From assembly GCF_009834535.1 (NCBI RefSeq), contig NC_045696.1, positions 100,132,001 to 100,196,000 on the forward strand: DNA of 64,000 bases. The letters run 5' to 3'. The notes beneath the pieces are model-generated. The model did not search any database, was not told the DNA's origin, and saw nothing but the letters and a program-made list of their open reading frames with translations. This stretch comes from Camelus ferus (Eukaryota). Positions 1 through 11,350 of this stretch are shown here, one piece after another (position 1 is the stretch's first letter; every line of letters starts with the position of its first letter). Position numbers and translations under genes: made by a program.

Positions 1-1713
1 CAGCTTTCAAATCTTTTTAAGCAGCAGACCCCTTTATCAGACAAAATCCACCCTGGAAATAAGCAATAAAAAAGGAAAAATCAGGCTCTGGCTGAAGGAG
101 ACCAGAGAATAAAGAAACATGATTCTGACCTGAACTTTATGACCAAATTGCTGAGTGACTTGAGGGTCATCACTTTAGTGTCTTTAAATCTTGGTTTTCT
201 TGTCAATAAACTGTGGTTGATATAGATGTCCTAGGCCACCAGGCTTGTGGGAGACAATTGAGATGTTGCTGCACAAGAGCTTTGCAAACCTAGGATGTCT
301 TGTCAACTGTTAGATGCTAGGCAGACAGAGGACTTCTACACACCTGATACAACCCTTGTAATGTGACCCCCATGGGGAGAGCAAGGACTGGTACCCCAGA
401 CTCCATACCCTATCCTGACAGCTTACCTAGTCCCGCCTCCCTCCCTCCTTGCATCATGCCAGCACCTGTCCCTTTTAAGGGCTGGGGCTTCCAGATGTAA
501 ACAAGACCTTAGGTTTAAAGTGGAGTCATGCACTTTAAACATAACTAGTTCTGATCAGGCAGTAAAACACAGAAAATTTTATCCCTCACATAAAAGTTAT
601 AGATTATAAGAAGAGGAGTGTGAATTACGAGGAAGTTCAAAGTTTGCTAAAATAGGGGTCAGAAAGTTGTATTTCAGTCTGGAACTGCCATAAAACATGG
701 AGGAACACTTCAGTTCTCGGCTCGACTTCAGAGTGCACATCTATAAAAGGCCAGGAGGGCCTGGATGACTCCACATTTCCACTTGGAGAATTCGTGCTAC
801 CTCATTCCCCAGCTGAACTCACACAGAAAAAGGAATCAATTTTGTTCATTTGTGTCTGGAGTGTTCTTGCTAAGTGGAGCTCTGACAATCCTCAGCTCAG
901 GGAGTTCTTTTTGCGAATAACAGCTCTTTACTGAACAGTAATTGTTATTGTGTTTACTTTCCTTAACGTTTGTACCAGTTTTTTAAAAAAACATTATTAC
1001 ATGTAATAAAAAGCAATAAATGCTTGTTAAAATAAATGTAACTGATACGGAAGCGTATAAAGAGTAAGCTTCTTCCTCCCTACAATTCTATCCCCCTGTG
1101 GTAATCATATCATTCCAGACTTTTCTGTTTACACAAACATGAATGTGTATGTGTAATTTAGATGGGGTTTTTTTGGTTCTTGTTTTTGTTTTCTTAGAGA
1201 GAAGGGGTGTTTACTTGCTTCCCCCCTTTTTATGAGACCATTCTGTAATTTGCTGTTTCATCTCTATTTATAGGGGGCAGATTCTAAGTCAGTACATTTT
1301 TATAATGGCTGTTTTAGTTTGTGGATGTACCATAATTTGTTTATGTGTTTCTCTATTGATGAACACTTGAATCTTTATTAAACTTCTAGGGGCTGGCTAG
1401 GGGTCATGAAGGTCTGGAATTCTGTACAATGTATTTGACAGGCGCCCTTTGTGATTGCTCATGAGGCAGCCCTTTGAAGTTTCTGAAGAGTGGTAATGAT
1501 TAGAAAGTGATATATTAAATAAAAATATGTTGTTCTCCCCTGAAAATTGTATTTCTTGTTTTCAGCTCTAACACATTGAGATGTAAAGTTACTTCTAAAC
1601 AGTTTCAATACTTCAAGATAACTGGCCCACTATTTCCTTCCTAAATCTTCCTTTTTTCTGGAATAAATATTCCCTGCTTTTCAAATGAAGCCATATCCAG
1701 ACACATTCTCACT

Positions 1714-3241
1714 CTGATGACTCTTCTTATTCTTCTTCTTTTTTTTTTTTGTGGTATGATAAACTTAATTTTTTCCTTTTGTTTTTTGTTTTATCTGCAT
1801 TTTACAATTTTTTTGCAATGAACATATATGACATAACAGTTTTTAAAGACTATCATAAAAACAAGTAGAGATACATCTAAGAAATTGTTCTTCTGAAAAT
1901 GATACTGAACTCATGTTAAAAACAAATTAACAAATATCAGAGGGGATTTTTTTTTGGAAATGAGATGGTGTGGAATTTTTTTTAATTTCTGGAGCCTCAA
2001 TTCTTTCTTTTTTCAATGAAGGATTTTTTGTTTTTCATTGAAATGTAATTAACATAAATATATTAGTTTCAGGTGTACATAATAGCAATTCAATATTTAT
2101 ATATATTTTTAACTGATCCCCATGATAAGTCTAGTTACTATCTGTCACCAAACAAAGTTATTACTATATTCCCTATACTGTACATTATCCTCCATGGTTT
2201 ATTTATTATATAGCTGGAAATTCATACCGCTAATCCCCTTCACCTATTTAGCTCCCCCACCCAACTCCCTTCCCCTCTGGAAACCACCAGTTTGTTTTCT
2301 GTATCTATTGAGTCGGTTTCTCTTTTGTTTTGTTTGTCCATTTGTTTTGTTTGTTCATTTGTTTTGTTTACAGAGTCCACATGTAAGTGAAATCATATGT
2401 AAGTGTCTTTCTTTGACTTATTTCACCCTCTAGGTCCATCCATGTTGTTGCAAATGGCAAGGTTTCATTCTTTTTTATGGCTGAGTAGTAGTCCATTGAC
2501 CACACCCACACACACACACTATACATATAAACACATATATATACACACACACATATGTATCACATCTTCTTTAACCATTCATCCATTGAAAGACATTTAG
2601 GTTGTTTCCAATCTTGCCTATTGTGAATAATGCTGCAACGAACATGCAAGTGCAGATATCTCTTCAATATCCTGTTTTTCATTTCCTTTGGCTATATACC
2701 TAGAAGTAGGATTGTTGGATCAGATGGCAGTCCTATTTTTAATTTTTTGAGGACCCTCCGTACCTTTTTCCATGTGGCTGCACCAATTGACATTCCCACC
2801 AACAGCACACAAGGGTTCTTTTCTCCATATCCTCACCAACACTTGCTATTATTTGTTGTCTTTTGATTTGCTGCCATTCTGACAGGGGTGAGATGATATC
2901 TCATTGTAGTTTTGATTTGCATTTTCCTGAATACAAGATAAGGTGCTCAACATCAGGAAAGATTTTTAACGTAATCAGAGACCAAATGAGGACAAAATAG
3001 TAGGACATATACTTTTTTTCTTTCTTTTTAAATTGAAGTACAGTCGATCTACAATTGGGAGTTTAAGATTTGTAAATACTAACTACTATATATAAAATAG
3101 ATAAATAACATGGGCCTACTGTATAGCACAGGAAACTATATATTCAATACCTTATAGTGGCCTATAATAAAAAGGAATCTACATATATGTATATAGATAT
3201 ATACACATATATAAATGAATCATTATGCTGATGACTCTTCT
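1714..3241 (-). mobile_element. L1 insertion with 5' inversion and about 1.26 kb of 3'-transduced DNA
   Basis: Identical 14-bp flanks CTGATGACTCTTCT at 1714-1727 and 3228-3241, two T-tracts (about 1728-1750 and 3013-3029) and L1 3'-end pieces at 3013-3230. Confidence 0.8.
2030..2930 (-). mobile_element. Older L1 3' fragment (end of ORF2 and 3' UTR)
   Basis: The minus-strand translation has DYYSAIKKNETLPFATTWMDLE, the L1 ORF2 C-terminus, followed by typical L1MA-like 3' UTR sequence. Confidence 0.9.
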
Positions 3242-4473
3242 ATAAGACACTTTCAATTCCACAATCCTATTTGAGATGAGGCTCCAAGAACTAAGTGAAA
3301 CTTCAAACACATTCTGAGTATTGCAAAATACAGTAATACTAAGTGGCCTGCCTTGCTTGGACTAAACATCTCCTAATGTAGGCTGCGTTTGTGTCCAGCC
3401 ACTTGAGATGGCTAAATCATACTGGGCATGGAGCCTACTGAACCACTTAGATTATTTATTTGGCATGAATGTTGGCAGCTTACTAATTAGAAGTTTGTTT
3501 TAAATGGATATCATATGATATAGTAAAAAGAGCTTTGGACTTAAAGTAAGAGTATCTGGATTGAATCCCTGCAAAAACATTCACAAACTCATTCAATAAT
3601 ATACAGTAAATGTATAAATTTATTATTTAACCTCTCACAGTTTAAGTTTTCTCATCTTTAAATCAGGCTTGATAAAGATTAAAGATGAAGTGTATCAAAA
3701 GGAGTTTGTAAAGACTTGTGTGATCACTAAGTATTGTTCTTTTCATTTTCATTAATTATTTTTAATTCCATCATGTGAGTTTTGCCCAACTATTTCTTTG
3801 CTAAAAGACTTCTGACAAGTGAAAGAGTTAGCAATTATATTAAAGATACATAAGCCAAAATTGTTGGACTATATTGAGAAGTAACTAGTGTCCCGTTCAT
3901 GAAGAATTAAAATTGCTTTTCTTCAAACCATAATGATAACGTCATTTTTTCGATCTCATTTGGGGAAGAGAACAATTATCCTGACTCTGGGAGAAAGATG
4001 GGTACTTGACTTTCTAAGAAGAAATGCTTCAGATCCACTTAATGCTTCTTAAGCAGTGGTGGGGAGAAGGAATAATGGGTGATGCTCTTAGCTCCTCTCA
4101 GTAATTTCAGATTCTGGTAATTAGATGTACTGGTCGGGGAATACAAAACTCCCTTAAGGTCTCAGTGCAGCACAGTTGTCTTCAAAGGGCTCCGGTTCTT
4201 ATCACCAATGTGTGTTGTTTACCAGACCAAACCCAGTTGTTTTGAGATGTAGAGAGTTGTTGGGGGTGCTAATATCCTGTAACATGATGGCTACTACTAT
4301 GGCTTGACATAAGATGAAATGAAGCCAAGATGAGCACTTTTCTAATGTTCATGGAAAGCATGATGTGTCAGGGACACTGCTGAAACACCTCCCTCCTTTG
4401 ACAGAGCCCATCAGAGGAGTGATGGATACAGACTTGTGGCTAAAGCACCCATGGCAGAAAATAAAACTGATTA

Positions 4474-4500
4474 TGTGTGTGTGTGTGTGTGTGTGTGTGT
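4474..4500. repeat. (TG)13 microsatellite
   Basis: Read directly. Confidence 0.95.
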
Positions 4501-6543
4501 TTCTAACAGGTCAAGTTGTAGCTTCAGAAGCTTTGAAAAGCCAAACTTAAATGCTTTTTAAATGGTGGGCAAAATGTAAGGAAGGACTAGTTTCAAGAAC
4601 ATTAGATGGGAAGGGATTATGCTTATAGTCAATTGGACCACAGTTACAAAGATGACAAAACTTTTGCTTAAAGATTAACAGATTTACTCTTACACCTTAG
4701 AAAAGCTTCGGGTGTATTTTCACCTAGGTAGTCAAAAGAGAAAAATTATATCCCTTTTTATCACCTAACGCGTCCACATTCCATATCCCCCATTCCTCCA
4801 CCCTCTCTCACTGCCCCCCTAAAAGGCTATTCACCAAGTAAACTGAGGTCCAGGAACACGACAGCTGCCACTGAGCAGTGGCCATCTCTGCACCACAGAA
4901 GAAACAAGTCTATTCACAAAAAGTAATAAAGAGAACTTAACTAAAGGAAACATAATTACTTAATTAGTAAAAATTAAGTTTACCTATGAAATTGAAAATG
5001 CTTTTTCAAAAATATTACAAGGAAATGTAGTTACAAAAGTTCTGTTGAAATTTCCTATTTCACATGTCAACATAGGGAGTTAGAGATCCAAGTACCGTTA
5101 GGGTACTTGTCTCATAGAAGCTCATGGCCTCGGGAACAAGTCTGGAACTTGTTTTTCCTTTGCTGTCTCAACAGGTCAGTTGGAACTGAGGATTTTGTAA
5201 TACAGCTTTTCATCTTTGCTAATTACATTAAAATGAATCTAGAACACAACTTCAGGAAAGTAAGTCTATACTTCATAAAAGTAGATCCAACAGACCTCAT
5301 GACTTCACAGGTGTAAGAGATCACATGTTTCTGAATCAATCAGTTTTGTTATTTCTGGTTTTTTCTACAGGTCCAAAAAAAGTTGTGGGTTTTTTTGTTT
5401 TTTCTTAAGTTTGTGCTTTCAAATGGAGGCACTATTTCAAGACTTGCCCCGTATTTTGATTCCCCAGGAATCCAAACAAATGGCTCGAGGTAGATGTGTT
5501 AAAAATATGTGATAAATGAAATGATGACAGAACAATGACTGGACGTGTCTTACACCTTCCTTGTTCTATTCAGAGCTCTTAAGGCTAAATTTATTAGCTT
5601 TCCAAACTATGTATGAAAACATGTTGATATTTTTTGCTGTATAAATTCAAATTCAAACCTTTTTCAACTTTTCAAATTTTACGCTTTTAGATTCTTCCCC
5701 CTTGCCAAACACCCTGCAGACTCAGTTGAAATTATTGGCACCTTTTATAATTCCAACATGCCCTCTGCTTTGTGTAATATGATAACATTTCAGAGCATAC
5801 CTAGTTGAAATATATACCAAGTATAAAATATTACAGATTCACACTTAATTTAAAATCTAAATAGGTAAGCCATATTTACAAAAGTAATCTGTGGAATGTA
5901 ACATCATTTTGGGGATTTCCATGCCAACAGTTTGCTCTGTGGGTAAATAGGAATCACAGACTTCAATGTAAACACAAAACTATAAAACTCCTAGAAACAC
6001 AGGAGAAAACCTAGATGACCTTGGGCATGGTGATGCCTTTTTAGATGCAACATCAAAGACAAGACCCATGAAAGAAATCGTTGATAAGCTAGACTTCATT
6101 AAACTTAAAAATTTCTGCTCTGTAAAAGACAATGTCAAGAGAATGAGAAGACAAGCCACAGATAAGAAAATATTTTCAAAAGATGTATCTGATAAAGAAC
6201 TGTTATGCAGGATGTACAAAGAACTCTCAAAACTTCACAATAAGAAAACAAATATCCCAATCAAAAAATGGGCCAAAGAGCTTAACGTGTATCTCACCAA
6301 AGAAGATATACACACAGCAAATAAGCATATGAAGAGATGCTCCACGTCACATGTCGTCCGGAAAAATGCAAATTAAAACAGCAATGAGGTATCACTACCC
6401 ACTTACTGGTACGGCCAAAATCTAAACCACCGACAACACCAAATGCTTGGCAAGATTGTGGAACAACAGGAAAATTCATACATTTCTGGTTGAAATGCAA
6501 AATGCTACATCCACATTGGAAGACATTTTGGAGATTTCTTACA

Positions 6544-7212
6544 GCTTTGTGCTGATCTCAGTCTACCGTCGGTAGCAATGCCAGCAGCTAAAAATACCTG
6601 GAGACACTCACCTGGATCCCGGGTGAGCTTCCCATGGACACCTCTTCTTTCCAAACAGTGTAACAACTGGACTGACCCTTGTGATTCTTATTGCTGCAAG
6701 ATTCCCTTCAGTAATAATCATTAGGATACACTGGGGAAAAAAAAAAAGAATGTATTACTCACAGGCCCTGGAGCGTACAAGGCATACCAGGGGGCACACA
6801 ACGAGGTCACAGGTAGAGAGAAAGAGACAGGGAGAGTGTGGGCATGGGCCTGGGTTCTGCTTTTATTAGTGTCGTGGGTGGAGGGGTCTAGGGTTTTGAT
6901 GACTCACTATTTATTGGTGAATTTAAAACATAAAGGTGAGAATTTGAAGCTCAGGAAGAGAGAAAAGGTTTGGGGTGGGGGGGAGCAGCACAAATGGCCA
7001 GTTATTTAAATCAACCCGGATCTCTAGAAAAAGGAAACCTCATGGTAGGAATGTGGGGCACATCCTGGCTCTTCATCTAGTCTTGTGGCTGGCAGTGTGA
7101 TTATTTGAGATAACCTCTTTGAAGTAGATGTCTTGGCAATCAAAGCTTAAGTTAGGAACTTAACTAAGTTACGTTACAGAAAGAAAAGCCAACTCTCAGG
7201 GCTTACACTACA
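6544..7212 (-). mobile_element. LTR (6659-7212) plus about 115 bp of adjoining leader-like sequence
   Basis: TG...CA termini at 6659 and 7212. CTTACA occurs on both sides (6538-6543, 7213-7218), and removing the insert rejoins the host L1. Confidence 0.6.
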
Positions 7213-7419
7213 CTTACAAAACTAAACATAATCTTCCGTACAACTATATGACACTCTGAAAGAGACAAAACTGGAGAAAGTGAAAAAGGCTAGCAGTTCC
7301 TGGAACAGGAGTGGACAGTGGGGAGAGAGAAACAGGCAGAGGCACAGAGGATTTTTAGAACAGTGAAAATACTCTATTTGATATAATAACGGATATATGT
7401 CATTATATATTTGTCCAAA

Positions 7420-7907
7420 TGTAAGTGAGCCGGACCCCCTGGGGCCTTCCTGGATAGAGCCCTCCCCACCGTGTCCTCTGCTGCAGCTCCTCTCTGAAGT
7501 ACCTAGACAACAGTATCTGAGGCACACTTCCGGAGTTCTTTTACAGATGCTAAAACCATCACCAAATGGAAGAAGTTAACTACTTGATGACCATGAGCAC
7601 AGAGCCCCCCAGACCTACTGGAGCCTAAGGATTAATGCTAACCCCTGTGACATCGCCCTGTTACCTCACCATCAATCAATCAGAGAACTGTGCACAAGCT
7701 GAGCACATACCCTGAGACTCCCCTCCCCCGCCTTGCCTTTAAAAATGCCTCCTGAAACCCATGGGGAATTCTGGTGTTTTGAGCATTAGCTGCCCTGAAT
7801 TCCTTGCCTTGTGCCTTGCAACAAACCCTGCACTTTCCTTCACAACCTGGTGTCAACAGATTGGCTTTACTTGAGTGGGCAAGTGGACCTAAGTTTGGTC
7901 GGTAACA
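7420..7907 (+). mobile_element. Solo ERV1-type LTR
   Basis: TGTAAG...GTAACA termini, 4-bp TSD CAAA (7416-7419, 7908-7911) and a TTTAAAA TATA-like box near 7738. Confidence 0.85.
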
Positions 7908-8384
7908 CAAACCTGCAGAATATATAATATCAAGAGTGAACACTAAAGTAAACTATGGAATTTGGGTGATCATGATGTGTCAATATAGGTTCATCCTTCT
8001 TAGTGAAAATATGTACCATTCTGGTGAGTGATGTTGGTAATACGGAAGGCTATGCATGTGTAGGGGCAGGAGGTGTATGGGAAATCTCTGTACCTCCCTC
8101 TTAATTTTGTTGTAAACCTAAAACTGCTCTAAAAAATAGTTCTATATATATATTTTTTAAAAAGCTCTGCAACTTACTCCACAAATTCACATTCTTCAAT
8201 ATATTCATAAAATGTCAGTAGCTGAGTCAGCAAAAAAATTAAATTAGCAAATAATTCACTTTGCATACAAACACTAAACAAAAAAGGGCTCCAGTAATAA
8301 GTTTTTAAATTTTTATCCACATTTAAGGATAATGATCAACTCTTAGGTCTTTAGCTACAACATTAACACTCATATCATTGAATC

Positions 8385-8600
8385 TAAAATCTCTTCTTCC
8401 CTGGCAAGGACACATAGCCTGTGAAAAGCCAAAGGTTTACCATAGCCCTCCAAATTTCCTTTTTCCCTCTATAAAGTATTCTCCTTCCTTTGTTGTGTGG
8501 GAACTTGCATGTGGCTCCCCATGGTAGCAGATCCCAAACTGCTGATCCAGAATAAACCCATCTTTGCTGGAGAAATACCTGAGTCTGTTTTAGTTCAACA
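8385..8600 (+). mobile_element. LTR fragment related to the 11070-11350 LTR, in opposite orientation
   Basis: TATAAA near 8470, AATAAA at 8551 and end GTTCAACA. By eye it is similar to the reverse complement of 11070-11300. Confidence 0.7.
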
Positions 8601-8899
8601 TTTATTAAGCCCACTTAGCTTCTCAGCCTTATGACTGAAATCAGATGTAGCCTATTAGGGTTAATTTTAATCTGTATTCTGTTAACCTATCATGTTACCG
8701 TTTTTTCATTGATTTTTGTCATGCAAAATTTGATAATCCTGCTCTTCTATGTCTACCTTCATGTCACTGATACAAATGTTGGGATAAATAAAGAATCCAA
8801 GAAGTCACTACCAGAGGCCAATCTCCAGGATGACAGAAATTCAATAATCAATATTTTCAGTAATTGTACCATGACAGAAATTTGGCTACCTTGGTCTCA

Positions 8900-10625
8900 T
8901 AAAGGCAGCATTCCTTGCAGAAATATTGGCGACATGGTTACCCATATCTTTCAGAGAGTCAAGTTTAGAATGCCCATAATCTTAATAATGGCTAAAGTGG
9001 CAGGTAAAAGAATTGCATCCCAAAATTTCTGAACATATGGGCCATTTTAAATTTTATTTCTGCTGGAAGTATTGAAGCCACATTGCTTCCACAATATCCC
9101 AAATGATGAAATACTCCAAAAGCACATCTACTCTCAGTACAAACACTGGTAATTTCACCCTTGGCTAAAGTACAAGCCCCTATAAGAGTGTATAGTTTAG
9201 CCTGTTGGGCTGAAGTAGCCATAGATAAAGATGCTGCCTCAACCATATCAAGAGGAGTTGCAATGTCATACCTAGCACAATATTTGCCATTGTCACCTTT
9301 TAATAAAGTACCATCAGCAAACCATGAGAAGTCAGCCTTACTCAAAGGAATTTCCTGCAGATCATGATGAGGAGTCAGGAGGTGGTCCATCGGCATTAAG
9401 GGACACTGCCAGTGATGGAGGGGGAAATAGTAGCAGGGTTAAGGTTACTGCACCATAAAAGAGTTAAGTGAGGAGCAGCCAACAACAGAATTTTAATGGA
9501 GGTGAGGTAGTTGACTGAGAAATGTTGAGTGTAATGAGATTTCAGGAGAGGTTCTACTGCATGAAGTACAAAAATGATTATAGAGGATCTCACAGTGATT
9601 TTTCTTGGTGATCTTAACCAAAAGGGCAATGGTAGCAATGTCTCTAAGGCAAGGGGGTATCTGCATGCTACAGGGTCCAGTTGCTGGCTATGAGCTCCTA
9701 TGGGTCAATGATAGTCCCTATGCTTTTGGGTGAGTACCCCAAGGGTATTCCCTCCTTTTCATATACGAAAAGGAAAAAGGAATCTGATAATTGGGGTGCC
9801 CTAGGGCAGGTAGGTTCATGTAATTCTCCTTTAAGGCCTGGAAGGCTAAGCTGTTTGGTTCCTCCCCAAAAATTGGGTCAGGGTTATTATTTTTCACTAA
9901 AGCATACAGAGGATTGGCCACAAGGAAAAATTTGGAATCCAATTTTGACAATATCCAACTATCCCAAGAAAACCTCACAGTTGGTATTTCATTTTGGGTT
10001 GGGGAATCTTAGGACACCACGAAGTCTACTTGAATCTAGGTGTAACCATTATTCAAGACACCCTAAATATCAAACCTGGGTTTGGGCAAATTGCAATTTT
10101 TCTTTGGAAATCTTATGTCCCTTTGGGGCTAAAAGCTTTAGCAAGTGGATGCTGTCTTCTTGTGAAAAGGCTTGAGATGGAGAGCGAAGAAGCAAATCAT
10201 CCACATATTGCAACAAAGAAGAAACTCTAAGAAACTTTACGTCATCCAGATAAGCCTTTGGGATTTGAGAGAAATAACAAGGACTCTCTATATAACCCTG
10301 AGGTATTCATGTACAGGTGAACTGTTTTTCTTCCCAAGTAAAGGTAAAATGTAATGGCTAGCTTCATTAACTGAAATATTAAAGAATGCTCTGCATAAAT
10401 CAATTTCAGTAAAAATTTACTTCAGGGGGGAGGGTATAGCTCAGTGGTAGAGTGTCTGCCTAGAATGCATGAGGTCCTGGGTTCAATTCCCAATACCTCC
10501 ATTAAAAAAAAAACAAAAACTTAATTACCTCCCCCCAAAATAAAAATTTTAAAAATATAAAAAGAATTAAAACAAACAAACAAACAAAAAAGAATTTACT
10601 TCAGGTGGGAATACTAAGGTAACAC
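8900..10625 (-). pseudogene. Decayed ERV1 (gammaretrovirus-like) pol: RT and RNase H remnants
   Basis: The minus strand encodes IDLCRAFF (about 10385-10410), PQGY (about 10270-10285), LLQYVDDLL (about 10190-10220) and RNase H WFADGT...SAQQAKL (9160-9330). Many frameshifts and stops. Confidence 0.9.
10427..10592 (+). mobile_element. tRNA-derived SINE (camelid Vic-1-like) inserted in ERV pol
   Basis: Pol III A box TAGCTCAGTGG and B box GGTTCAATTCC, an A-rich tail and 13-bp TSD AATTTACTTCAGG (10414-10426, 10593-10605). Confidence 0.92.
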
Positions 10626-11048
10626 CTTGGTCCTAGAGAATCCAGGCGAAGGCTTTTCCAGCCACTTTCCAAAGAACAGCCCCTATTCCAAAGGATGGCT
10701 GAAGTGGCAAAGTTTCAGTGAAGCAGTTCCTGTTCCTGAAGGAATGGGCTGATACCTTCTCAGCCAGCCTTGGTTGAGACAGTTTGATCTCAAAATCAGA
10801 TCCAAGTGCGAAATACATACAGATGTTTACATACAGAATAGGCCTTAGTGAGAAGGCAAAACCTTAAAATAGATCCTAAATAAAGCCTAAAGAGCTTTAA
10901 ATGCAAAGAAGGCTTGAGTTCAGATCCAGGATAAAGGCGGACCTTCAAATTTCAGGGTTGGCGAGAACAGCAGCAAGCTCAGTAGGCTTAATGGTGGGTA
11001 TCACACCTGTTTAATCACAAGACCCAGAGCCTTGGGGTTCTTCTCTGG

Positions 11049-11066
11049 TCCCCATAGGGACCACCA
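11049..11066 (-). other. Retroviral primer-binding site, tRNA-Ile-like
   Basis: TGGTGGTCCCTATGGGGA lies 3 nt after the LTR end. It matches the PBS-Ile I recall (TGGTGGCCCGTACGGGGA) at 15 of 18 positions. Confidence 0.7.
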
Positions 11067-11069
11067 AAA

Positions 11070-11350
11070 TGTTGACCTAAAAAAGACACACTGCCAGATA
11101 GTTCTCTAGCAACTACTGGTTTATGTGGGATCAGCAGGGAATTGCATTTCAGGGTCAGGCAAGCCATGTGCAAGTCCCTGCACGACAAGGGGTGCAGAAA
11201 ACTTTTACAGAGAGAAAAAGGAAGTGGGGAGGGCTACAGTAAACAAAGTGTCCGTGGCTTTTCATTGGCTTGGTCCTTGCCGGGAAAGAAGGGGAGTCTT
11301 TCTTCTTGTTGGGCTTTGCTATAGTCACAGGGCACAAGAGCTCCCTGTTC
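11070..11350 (-). mobile_element. 5' LTR (partial) of the decayed ERV
   Basis: Ends in GGTCAACA on the minus strand, immediately followed by the PBS. Confidence 0.8.

Larger units (their letters stand above)
5965..8140 (+). mobile_element. Old L1 (L1MC-like) 3' portion interrupted by two LTR insertions
   Basis: ORF2-like IDKLDFIKLKNFCS...IKKWAKELN...ANKHMKRCSTS at 6068-6376. L1 sequence resumes at 7213-7419 and 7908-8140. Confidence 0.85.

Noticed and set aside
8992..9978. ERV pol ORFs as a domesticated gene
   Set aside because: Fragmented by frameshifts, stops and a SINE insertion.
10427..10502. tRNA-like sequences here and at about 26.7 and 58.5 kb
   Set aside because: The copies are diverged, and two have AT-rich tails and clear TSDs. 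These are SINEs, not tRNA genes.
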